From the NCBI GenBank assembly GCA_023138975.1, contig JAGLON010000018.1:32381-96380 (forward strand): a DNA stretch of 64,000 nucleotides, written 5' to 3'. A program made the translations under genes and the position numbers. Positions 8,613-18,800 of the stretch are shown piece by piece; the stretch's first letter is position 1, and every line of letters begins with the position of its first letter. The notes under the pieces were generated by a model. It searched no databases. It was not told where the DNA came from and saw nothing but the letters and a program-made list of their open reading frames with translations. Origin of the DNA: Candidatus Zixiibacteriota bacterium (GTDB lineage Bacteria > Zixibacteria > MSB-5A5 > GN15 > JAAZOE01).

Positions 8613-9148
8613 ACCTTGTACCCTCCCAGGCTCAGGCATTTTCTGAGCATCGTCCGGCCGCGGTGGAGCAATACATGGCAGTTGCTATTGGAAATAGTCA
8701 TGATTCGGCATATTTCCAAAGTCTTGTACCCTTGGTAAACCAGGCTTAAAACTTGAGCAAACCTGCTGTTCTCGGTTGTTATTTTCTCCAGGCAATTCAG
8801 AATGCTAGCCTCCAAATCGGGATCGACATCCTTGGCTCGAATGTTCTGAAAGTCATTAACGGACTGCTCCGAGGTAATCCGCTTGTTTTCGACCGATGTG
8901 CGACGAAAGTAGCTCTTGATGTTGATCTGCAGCACCCCCCATGCCCATTCATCGAAGCCTACGGTGAAAGTCTCTGCCTTGTATTTTTCAAGTACAGTTA
9001 TACAGGAGTCTTGCACAACATCTTCTGCAGCTTCCCTATCCCTGATTCTATGTGTCGCAAAAAGACTAAATCTTACATGCAGATATTGAAAAATCTTTTT
9101 CTCGGCTGTTTTGTCGCCGTCTCTGGCTTGTTGCAGTAATTGTTTCAT
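8609..9148 (-). CDS. ECF-type sigma-70 family factor, copy 1
   Basis: 179 aa. The region 2-like segment is AAEDVVQDSCITVLEKY...FDEWAWGVL and the region 4 HTH is VYQGYKTLEICRIMTISNSNCHVLLHRGRTMLRKCL. It is a clear paralogue of 25975-26502. Confidence 0.85.
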   Translation of the reverse strand: MKQLLQQARDGDKTAEKKIFQYLHVRFSLFATHRIRDREAAEDVVQDSCITVLEKYKAETFTVGFDEWAWGVLQINIKSYFRRTSVENKRITSEQSVNDFQNIRAKDVDPDLEASILNCLEKITTENSRFAQVLSLVYQGYKTLEICRIMTISNSNCHVLLHRGRTMLRKCLSLGGYKV

Positions 9149-9645
9149 GTTGCTCGATATCGCTCCTACGCCGGAGTTTACGCGCTGAATGCTGGCTGGA
9201 ATAAGACACTCACGAGCCTAAACAACCCTCTACCCTGACCATATATCATTGAAAGACCCACTAAATATAGACCTTGAACCCGATATGTACAATCAAAAGT
9301 TTCATTATATCTGTAAGAATCGGCACCCCTATCACCACACTATACTGTGTGAGTGAGCGTCTCGGAAGAGAACGCCCGAGAACGAACACCCTAATTGGAG
9401 AGGATGCTAAGGACCGTGTCCTGAGTAATAGACTAGCCGACTTATGAATTATGGAAATGGATTGTTTTCACACATATGCATAACTCACGCTTTACCGCCT
9501 AACGGAGATAATAATTAAATTGATGCGCAGTTCGTACAGGATTTTTTGAATATGAGCTAGAATAAGGGAGGGCATCCTATGTAAAAAATAGTCTTTGGAT
9601 AAAAAACGTTCAATTAGAAAATTAAACTAACCAACTGGAGGTTCT

Positions 9646-12264
9646 ATGCGAAAGATAATAGACAAAACTTGTTTAGGAATTGTCCTAATAACAATATTTT
9701 CCCTTTGTTTATTGTTACCGGCTATTGGTCATGCCAATGCACCCGAGGACCCTGTCGTCCAGGAAGAATTATACCAACCTGGTATGGTATTAATTCAATT
9801 ATCCTCATCTGCGATTAATTCTATTGGATATACTATGAGATCTGGAGCTCAATCTGCCACACAGACAGGATTGGTAGACGTTGATGTATTATTACAGGCT
9901 CAAGGTTTAGCTGAGGTTAGCCTTCCATCAGTTCAACCAGCTAATATCGAATTGGCTGCTCAAATGGGACTGGATAGGAGAATTAGGTGTAAAGTTAGTA
10001 CATCTACCGATATTGAATCATTGGCTTCAGATTTAGTTTTACTGGCAGATGTTGAGTCGGCTTCTCCGAATTGGCGACTAGATTTAATGACTGTTCCAAA
10101 TGACCCCTTATATCCACTACAATGGGGCCATGACAATCAAGGACAAATGAATGATTGTGGGTGTGATTGCACTGGCATAGGGACTAAATATTGCTGTGAG
10201 CATGAAAATGGTAGTCCGGTAGGTTCAATTGGTTCAGATGCCGATGTCGATATGGCATGGACTGCGATGGGGTCCTTTGGAGATGAAAACATTATCATCG
10301 CCATTCTTGATACTGGTACCGACCCTCATATCGATCTCAGATTGGTTCCCGGGTGGAATGTGGCCGACAATAATTCCAACACTTCTGATATTCGAGGTCA
10401 TGGCACGGCTACGGCTGGAATTACAGCCGCCATTGCAGATAACAATCGGGGTGTTGCCGGGGTTGCGGGCGGCTGTTCGGTAATGCCTGTTCGCGTTATG
10501 AGTCAATCTGGGGGTTTATTTGCTTCATATATCGCTGATGGAATGATTTATGCTGCAGATAATGGTGCTCATGTTATTTCTATGAGTGTTGGTGGACCTT
10601 ACAGTTCAGAATTTGACTTCGCTTCAAATTATGCATATAACTCAGGCGTATCCTTATTTGCCTCTGCGGGAAATTCTAACTGCAATGGGCTCAGCTACCC
10701 CGCGGGATGCACAAATGTTATTGCGGTTGGTGCAGCAAGTCCTTGTGGCGAGAGAAAAAGATCCAGTAGTATTGTTTCCTGCTTAAGTGGGGGTGTTTGC
10801 GCTGATAATCTCAGTACTTCATGCGATGGAGAACATTGGTGGGGAAGTACTTATGGAAGCGGTTTAGATATTATCGCTCCTACTATATTGCCAACCACTG
10901 CCAGATCAGAAACTCTAGAACGCATCATTCCATCCGGTCCTGAAGAACATTATTCTATGTGGTTTAATGGGACATCATGTTCTTGCCCGTTTGCGGCAGG
11001 AATTGCTGGCCTATTGTTATCTATTGACCCATCGTTAACTCCTGCGCAAGTAAAGCAATTAATAATTGATGGAGCAAATGATGTAACAACTGGTCATGCA
11101 ACAGTGGGTTATGATATTTATACTGGCTATGGAATGGTCAATGCTTTTAACTCAGTAATTGCATTGGCTCTTGATACCGATGAAGACGGCATACTTGATG
11201 ATGGCGACTTTTCGGGTGATCCGAACGACAATCCTTGTACGGGAGGAGTAATCGCCAATTGTGATGATAATTGTGTAGACGATTATAATCCAAATCAGGA
11301 AGATACTGATTGGGACGGTATCGGCGATGAATGTGATAGTTGTCCTGGCTCTCCGCATCAGTGTGGCTCGTGTTATATCCCCCACATACCAGGTGACGTA
11401 AACATGGATGGGGATGTCGACATACTTGATATCGTATATCTAATAAATTTCAAGTACAAAGACGGACCGCCACCAGAACCCTATGAAATAGAGGGCGATT
11501 TTAATTGTGATACACTAGTAAACATTATAGATATTACTATTCTAATTGATTATAAATATAAGGGAGGTGCTGCACCTCAAGATTGCTGTCCTCAGAGTGT
11601 TTTGCTAGAACCGACGCCAATTTTCTTAAAGGTCAAACTTGCGATTATAGAGGCTTCTATCACAGAAAAGTATGACGGCAACACCACTACTATCATGCTT
11701 AATTCTGAGATTGACTTGCAGGGTCTTGAGCTTCGAATCAATTGTGATGAAGGAGCTACAATCACCAACCTGACACCAGATCTCCAACTCTTTGCCTCTG
11801 AAACAGATGGCCAGCGCCAAATTGGGCTGCTCGACACGAAAAACAATGGCTACTTGGCAACCGGGCTCAATTCGGTTATTAAAGTAACCGGTAAGGCTCA
11901 AATTACAGAAGCGATTGGTGTGAACAAGGAAGGAACTGGAGTGGGTATCAAGATCAAAAACGCAGAGAAGGAAGCGATGCTGCCCACAGCTTTTGCCCTC
12001 CATGACTGCTACCCTAACCCGTTCAATCCCGTAACTACTATCAGCTACGACCTACAGGATGCGGTGAACGTAAAATTGGTAGTCTACAATGTCATCGGAC
12101 AGCGCGTCGCGACTCTTGTTAATGAATACCAAGCGGCTGGTAGCTATCAGGTTGACTGGAATAGCAGAAACAAAAGCGGCCAAACTGTCGCCAGTGGAAT
12201 CTATGTCTATCGCTTGACCGCAGGTGAGTTTGTCGAGACGAAAAGAATGATGTTACTGAAATAG
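9646..12264 (+). CDS. Secreted subtilisin-like S8 serine peptidase with TSP3-like module, dockerin-like repeats and T9SS-type C-terminal sorting domain
   Basis: It has a signal peptide and the triad motifs AILDTGTD (Asp), GHGTATAG (His) and NGTSCSCPFAAG (Ser). The dockerin/EF-hand-like pair reads GDVNMDGDVDILDIVYLINFKYK...GDFNCDTLVNIIDITILIDYKYK. The tail reads YPNPFNPVTTISYDL...SGIYVYRL...KRMMLLK. Confidence 0.85.
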   Translation: MRKIIDKTCLGIVLITIFSLCLLLPAIGHANAPEDPVVQEELYQPGMVLIQLSSSAINSIGYTMRSGAQSATQTGLVDVDVLLQAQGLAEVSLPSVQPANIELAAQMGLDRRIRCKVSTSTDIESLASDLVLLADVESASPNWRLDLMTVPNDPLYPLQWGHDNQGQMNDCGCDCTGIGTKYCCEHENGSPVGSIGSDADVDMAWTAMGSFGDENIIIAILDTGTDPHIDLRLVPGWNVADNNSNTSDIRGHGTATAGITAAIADNNRGVAGVAGGCSVMPVRVMSQSGGLFASYIADGMIYAADNGAHVISMSVGGPYSSEFDFASNYAYNSGVSLFASAGNSNCNGLSYPAGCTNVIAVGAASPCGERKRSSSIVSCLSGGVCADNLSTSCDGEHWWGSTYGSGLDIIAPTILPTTARSETLERIIPSGPEEHYSMWFNGTSCSCPFAAGIAGLLLSIDPSLTPAQVKQLIIDGANDVTTGHATVGYDIYTGYGMVNAFNSVIALALDTDEDGILDDGDFSGDPNDNPCTGGVIANCDDNCVDDYNPNQEDTDWDGIGDECDSCPGSPHQCGSCYIPHIPGDVNMDGDVDILDIVYLINFKYKDGPPPEPYEIEGDFNCDTLVNIIDITILIDYKYKGGAAPQDCCPQSVLLEPTPIFLKVKLAIIEASITEKYDGNTTTIMLNSEIDLQGLELRINCDEGATITNLTPDLQLFASETDGQRQIGLLDTKNNGYLATGLNSVIKVTGKAQITEAIGVNKEGTGVGIKIKNAEKEAMLPTAFALHDCYPNPFNPVTTISYDLQDAVNVKLVVYNVIGQRVATLVNEYQAAGSYQVDWNSRNKSGQTVASGIYVYRLTAGEFVETKRMMLLK

Positions 12265-12313
12265 CTAGGTGGGGGAACCGACCGACCGGGTGATATTGCT
12301 CGGCTACGGAAGA

Positions 12314-12355
12314 CCCGGTGGGATACATACTTGTCATCCCACCGGGTTCTTTTTT
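12314..12355 (+). terminator. Rho-independent terminator of the S8 peptidase gene
   Basis: An 11-bp stem, CCCGGTGGGAT (12314-12324) paired with ATCCCACCGGG (12336-12346), is followed by ttctttttt. Confidence 0.8.
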
Positions 12356-12406
12356 ATCAAGTCAGCACGGTTGCCTTCATCCGGAATGACACCAGAAAAA
12401 TGAACA

Positions 12407-12666
12407 ACAATTAAATAGAGTTGTTTTAGAATTAAAACAGAGAGATATTATTCCGTAATCTACTAGCACACATAGAGTTGTTGCGTTAGAGTAATTATGG
12501 CAGAGAGGCTGGGATTCTCAGTCGGTGATTTTGGCTAACTTCTTAAAAGTCAGCAAATTCGACGTATTTTGCTGCTACAACTATAGTTAAGTTAGGTCAA
12601 GTTGGTTCAAGTTGCATTAAGTTCCGTTGAGTTGAGTGAAGTAGATTGTTAGAAAATTGTTAGAAT
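12407..12666 (-). repeat. att-like junction B (attP-like): P'-arm, 22-nt tRNA-Ser core (20/22) and P-arm with 8 iterons
   Basis: 12407-12495 is about 70% identical to 36848-36933 (left of the tRNA). The core at 12496-12517 has two mismatches. 12518-12666 is about 81% identical to 4550-4688. Confidence 0.65.
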
Positions 12667-12750
12667 GAGAGAGTCTGTAATAATTACTTATAATTTATAT
12701 AGGTATCCTACTATACTTGTCAGTTTATATATATTTGCTTTGTGATGACA

Positions 12751-12776
12751 ACACCCACGAGTTTTCTCGTGGGTGT
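12751..12776. terminator. Strong hairpin between island arm and RHS 3' end (plus-oriented or bidirectional terminator)
   Basis: ACACCCACGAG-tttt-CTCGTGGGTGT is an 11-bp perfect stem followed by tttaaaa on the plus strand. It lies 29 nt downstream of the RHS stop on the minus strand, where the trailing sequence is U-poor. Confidence 0.5.
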
Positions 12777-12804
12777 TTTAAAATGAAAACCACGTTACAA
12801 AATA

Positions 12805-15800
12805 CTATTCACTACTATTTCGCCACGGACCATACACAGGAGAATAGGGTGTGTTTTCGTAACCAGCCGGTATATTGTAATTTAGCCATGTGCCAGTTGA
12901 AAGTTGTCTCCCTGTATCAACTCTGATTATTAGAGCTTGACCATGCTTTGATAGCATATATCTTTGACCATAGGGTGTGCCACCCAAATCTATTGCTGAA
13001 TGCGACTGACCTTCGAATATTACTCTTTTGGCACCCTTTGGTAATCCTGAGTTTTCTAAATCCAATGCAAAATCATGACATGAGTAATTTTCTTTTGCAT
13101 CTGCTATGATTACTTCAATTTCAGCATCAGTCATACCGAAGTTTTCTTTAAGTTGCCTTCTTAAATCATCGTGATTACCTTCAATGCCTTCAGCATCAGT
13201 TCCATAGGCGCCTTCTCCAAGTTTCTTATTTGTTAAGATCTTGCCGTATGCCGTATATGCATAGTGAGTCATTAGACCACTGGCAAAACCAGTATGTCCA
13301 CCAATGACTACTCCTCTAATACTGCCTTCACTTATACCCCCTTGGACAGCACCTCCTATAAATGCGGAACTTAACGGATCTGAATCCAAATAAAAGCCCC
13401 ATGCTGATCCTGCAGCGCCCCCAGCCAACGAAGACCAAAATTGACGTCCACCAATCTTCTGTTCGTTCATAACTTGACTTGATGCAGTTGATACTCCTGC
13501 TGAAACAGTAGAACTTATCATAGCATGTGCTCCCGTCCCTGGAGTAGAGGTCCAACCGCCAATCATACCTCCTGTATTATAGCCTAGCCATGCGGCCGCA
13601 GCAGCCTTTCCTCCAGCTTCAACAGCTTCCCATCCCCACTCTCCTGTCTGAATACCGTGAGTAATGTATCCGACGGTGAAACTGACAGCTGCAACAATCA
13701 AATCGTCAATACCAAACCAATAACCGTTTGGATCAACTCCAATAGTTGGGTTATTTCCGGCAAATAAATATCTACTGACGTATTGACCGGCTTTATCAGT
13801 TGAGACAAACTGTCCTGTTTCCGCATTATAAAAACGGGCGCCAAAACAGTACAAATCAAACGATGATTCACCATCCATTTCTTTATCGGTGTATGTATAT
13901 CGCGGATGATAATTGCCTATTGAATGAACAACTTTTGCGAATGGATTATAGTCAATACTCTGAACTACGGATGGATCAAAGCTAAATCTTCCAGACATAG
14001 CCATTCTTTCAGATTGTTGGTGGTCCATAAAGTGATAGTATAAGTGGTTGTCGCTATTATACCGGTATGTGGCAATTCTTCCTGGAAGCCCATTGATATA
14101 ATATTCCTCGACAATATCTCCTTTTTTAAAAGTTGCTACCACCTTTCCCATATCATACAAGTAGTAAATTTCGGTATTTACGTTTTTAATGCAAGATTTC
14201 TTCTCATGACCAGCACTTTCTTCCTGACTCAATTCTGTTTGATCTTTGGTATCAATTCCTGGTTTTATTGTGTTTGATTTTCCACCACCAATTTCAATTT
14301 CATAGGGATCCGGTGGATCGCAATCAACCTGGATTTGATAAGCATAACGCTTAACAATTCTTCTTTCTGCTTCGTCATACTTAAAGTATAGAGTATCGAG
14401 CCGACCATTATACAGGCTCGGATCTAGTGCCGATTCAGTCATAAGATCACGGTAGTCAAATTTTATCTGGTATATACCGCTTTTGGGATCACTCAACAAA
14501 TTACCTACTTCATCATAATGAAGGAATTGACCCAAATTACAACCAGTATATATAGCCAACTTAGAGGAATTAGGCCAATAAGTATACTCTGATGAAACCG
14601 TATTCTCAACTTTACTCATTCGCATACCTAGGGCATTGTAATTGTACTCACAGTTTCTCCAGGTATCTACAACATGATCGGCATTTGTCATCCAGCCGAG
14701 TTCATTATACGAATACTGATACCCATGATTGCGTACCGCTCCAGAGATCGATGTGCTTGATTCTATTGAACTCACTCTCCCATTATGATGCGCAGAGGGA
14801 TCAGAATCTCCAAAGTCCATTGATTGGGCAAAATGAAGAGTATCAGATCCACATCCGGCCAACGTAGTAGCAATATTGCTCAGATCATTTATAGAAGTGA
14901 GGTATGAACGGGAGTTATACTCGTATGAAAATGGTTGTAACGTATCAATATCGTAAACACCAGGCGATACATATTTCTTGTGAAGCCCGAAATTGATAGT
15001 TGTTGGATTAGATGCAGCATTATACAAGTATTGGGCATAGACCTGTCTCGAGCTTCCTGTAATATCACCATTACTAAGCTCGTACAGGCGACCCATTTGA
15101 TCATAGTTCAACTCCGTTTTCCGCTTTCCGGTTGTACTCGGATATCTGGGGTAGAATGTATTACTTACAATATCTCCTCGTATGTTATAAGAATGCCCTA
15201 CCGCCTTCCGGTAGTATAAATTCGGCAGTTTGGTTATAACTAAGTCCGAGTCGTTGGCAGGGAAGCGTATAAATTCACGGTAATATGTACTGTTACCATT
15301 TTCAACCCTAACTAATCTTCCAGGTGCAAGGAGAGTATCATTCATGCTTGTAACGAAATAATCGAAAGTGAACTTAAATTTCACAATTGGATTATGTGAC
15401 GATTGCGGAAAATATCTGTTTTCAGCACGTGCTTTTGTAAAATACACATCTGCCGAACCCATTACGCCTTCTTCAGTTCCCCTCCCATTTCGGTCGTACT
15501 TCATATAGGTGAACTCATTATTGACCAATTGCTTATCATTCTGAGTAAACCGCACGCTTCCATTCCTATCGTAGAGAATACGAATAGTACCATAATCTCG
15601 GTTCCAGGTACTATCTGTATAATCCAATTGATTGAAATAATTCTTTTGTATTTCAACAGCACTTGTACTTGAAAGAGTATCGATTACAATCAATGTATCT
15701 CGACCTCGCAGGTCGGCATAACTTGTTCTAATTGATGTGCGAGGTGTGCTGTTTACTGAGTAATGAACAACTGCTTGAGAGAAATCACCCCATCTGTTGA

Positions 15801-18800
15801 ATCGATTTTCAGCTATTACATTATCAGCATCAATTGTCGAATCAACTATAAGTTCTTGTCCAACATCGACTCTGTGCCCGAATCTCTTAACGCGTTCAGA
15901 AGACAAACTCCAGTCATTCCCGGGATTGGCAGCAGAATCTACGCGAGAATTATACTCTTTAGAATAGGCTAATTCTGCATAAGGGTATTGACCACAATCA
16001 GCACCTGGTCCAGATGCACTGTAGTATTGTGTAGCTTCTGCATGTGCTTGAATTTCATTACTGTAATCCATTAATCCATTTGGTGCTATTTGATCAACAA
16101 AGGGAAGGTAATTTCGGATTACTCGTCCTCTTGCATCTATTTGTCTAGTATCCCCAACTATTACAGAACCACTACCATCTTCACTCTCTTGAATGCGAGT
16201 TTGAACGATTTGTCCCAAACCATCTGAAAACGTTACGCTGGTGGTAGAATCAACATCAGACCTGAACTTTATTGATTTATTCCAGTTTAATCCCGCTGAA
16301 GTTAATACAGTTGAGTATTCAGTCCTGGACAGGACATTTCCTCGATGATTATAGGTAACGCTATCTCTACCAAAAGTATCGGATTTTGAGATAATAGGGA
16401 GATTGTCTGTTCCGGCAATGGCTACACTCCGTCCCGTAACCGGATCGAAGACTGTAGTATTGATTGCGGCATCAAGCGGATGGAATCTGAAATCATCAAA
16501 ATATGCCCAGGCATCCAGTACATCCGTCATGGCTACTCTGAACTGAAAATCGTCCAGCAAATAGGCAACAGATGAAATATCAAAAACACCTTCCACTCTT
16601 GTCCATTCTGTGCTACTAACTTCCGTAAATTTAATAGAGTTATTGGGAATTGAAATGGGATTGTCATACATGTCCCATCCAAAACAAAAGACGACTATAG
16701 TATCTGTCGCTTTCACCCATCCCGAAAAATAGTATCGTGTATCCGTAAGACTATCCGCACTAAAATTTCTTTTAGGTCCCCAATTATAATCATTGCTACC
16801 ACTATTGTCTCTGACTCTAAAGCAATACTTACCTGTGAACGCGTCATCGTCTATGATTTGATGATGATAATCATCAAGCATGACCCAACTATCCCATCCA
16901 TATCCTTGTTCGAAGTCCTGTACCAAGAAATCATTGGGATAGCAATTTACTGCACGGGCCACGATCATTAGTCCATCTTTCCCCAGTTTAACACAAGAGC
17001 TATCGCCCTCACCGTTGACCGAAGAAACCATACTTCCGAATTCATTAAAGCTTTCTCCATTAGGCAACACTTCTTGAATAATCACTTTACCGGTTTCTGT
17101 ATCCTGGTCTTCCCATGTATACGATTGAATTGCCCCCCATGTACCATTCAAGGCAAAATCGACACCATCTTTATTCAGTACTGTTGCAACGCCATCATTA
17201 TCAAGGAAATTAATTCTTTTGGCTACCAATGTGATGGCATTGTCATCTGCTAAGCCAGAATATGCAGGCAAATCAGCAGCATAAACTATCGAATCTACCA
17301 TGAATGAATTGTTGAACTTATATTTTGTCCTAGTTGATACAAGCCGCCCCTTGTCATTCTCGTGCAAATACTTCACATCATTAGCAATAAGGTCTTGCCT
17401 TGTATGGACCGAATCCAATTGTACCCTGTACACACAATCAGGATAGTTAGGCGGTTGATATACTGAATAGTAATTTCGTGTCGTGTCGTTACAAACAGAT
17501 GCATTATCACCTGTCGTAAAGGTGTAATTCAGGTACTCTAAACCATCCAGAAAATACCCGCCGTCTTGTAGTCCATATGTTATTGAGTTTTCTAAATCCG
17601 GGAATGTAAATCCCGGAATTCCGGACACGCTAAAAGTATTATCATCTACGTCATTGTAATAACAATGGACCTCATATCCTTCAGGAGAGCTCTCAGTAGT
17701 GAATGGAAGGGAAACGGTTGATCTTGCAAATCGAGGAATTGAAGTCGACTCATCAAGTATTCCACCAAAATAACTGAAGTTAACCCTGACGGGAGCAGTG
17801 TCATACTGAGTCTCATACGATAGCAAATAATCTACAACCGGATAGGCAGCTTTGCCTGAGAATTGAGTACCGTATTTTCTAAAACAATAGTGTTTAGTTT
17901 CTGAGGAAAGCTTCTGAGCAATATAGAAACTTGAGGGCGTAGAAAAAGCAAGAAAGTGTTGTGTGCTTCCTGGAGTGTCCATTACACTGGAAAGATCATT
18001 AGTGACCCAGGCCCCATTTTCCCAAGTATAAAGCATAGCATGTTTGTTACTATTATCCATGGCCAGGATGTAATTATCTTGTACAGTAAATGCCATGGAA
18101 TTAGGGTATCCATCAGCAGGGTCATCGACATCTTCATCGTCATTTCCGACATATGCTTCTGACAGGAGAGTTGTTGTTGCACTCCATGTAGTATTATTAA
18201 TAAGTCTTTTTGCTTTAAGAACACCTTGTGGTGACATTGTCACTATGAGATTATCCAATACGCGAATTTCACTTTCATCTGGTACTGAGCCAAAATCAGT
18301 TACAACCCATTGAGAGGTTCCCGTCCATTGCCATATTTGAAGTGAATTGTAATGTCTGGTAATTACCAAATTTTGTGAAGACATCATGGTTTCGTAGAAC
18401 TCTGATCCACTATAGTCATCTCCCACATATCGAGCTGGGGTTCGGACCCAACCATTTGCTCCTCTAATCGCTGAGAAAGCATATGCCTTTTTCCAATATG
18501 GGGTCACCGTGTAATCCATTTTATAACGTTCCCAGAATATAGCATTGTCAGTTAACACTCTACCCAATGGTGCTGTTACAGAGTCTACCCAACCGCCTCC
18601 ATGTCTAATAAATGTATCAACCGGATCTGGATGAAGCCATGCAGAACCACTCCAGTCAGCTATTCCAAGGCTGGTATAAATATATGAGGGACTAAAATAC
18701 TCATTTTCAATTGGCCATGCACAGTATTCGCTGGTTTGCGTGGCTCTGGCGCGGCCATCAAATTGCAATAAAGAGGATTCCAACCCTGAGGCAAAGCTTA

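Larger units (their letters stand above)
4528..12517 (-). mobile_element. Putative island A: integrase-less remnant of a tRNA-Ser-targeting integrative element, bounded by partial tRNA 3'-end cores
   Basis: It is bounded by the 22-nt core at 4528-4549 (22/22 to the tRNA locus) and the core at 12496-12517 (20/22). It has the P-arm with iterons at its left end, a P'-arm homologous to the one next to the tRNA at its right end, and a decayed HTH_17 excisionase-like gene. Confidence 0.5.

Noticed and set aside
8415-8749. Two 107-aa plus-strand ORFs antisense to the anti-sigma/sigma junction
   Set aside because: They are fully antisense to two genes supported by paralogy with the second module. 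They have no motifs.
9175-9180. GTAAAC (minus strand) upstream of sigma copy 1, also present upstream of sigma copy 2 (26595-26600), considered as a shared ECF -35 element
   Set aside because: The distances to the start codons are inconsistent, at about 26 nt versus about 92 nt. In copy 1 the element would place the RBS inside the promoter spacer. I found no shared -10 element. A hexamer match is too weak as evidence.
12717-12926. 69-aa plus-strand ORF overlapping the RHS 3' end, considered as a possible immunity gene
   Set aside because: It lies antisense to the RHS coding end and contains the 11-bp-stem terminator hairpin within its own reading frame. It has no RBS and no TM or signal features.
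13328-13555. Nested 75-aa minus-strand ORF, and several other 60-110-aa ORFs on both strands inside the RHS gene (for example 19563-19898 and 14592-14867)
   Set aside because: These are alternative-frame shadows inside a 7.9-kb CDS with continuous RHS/YD homology. None has independent motif or RBS support.
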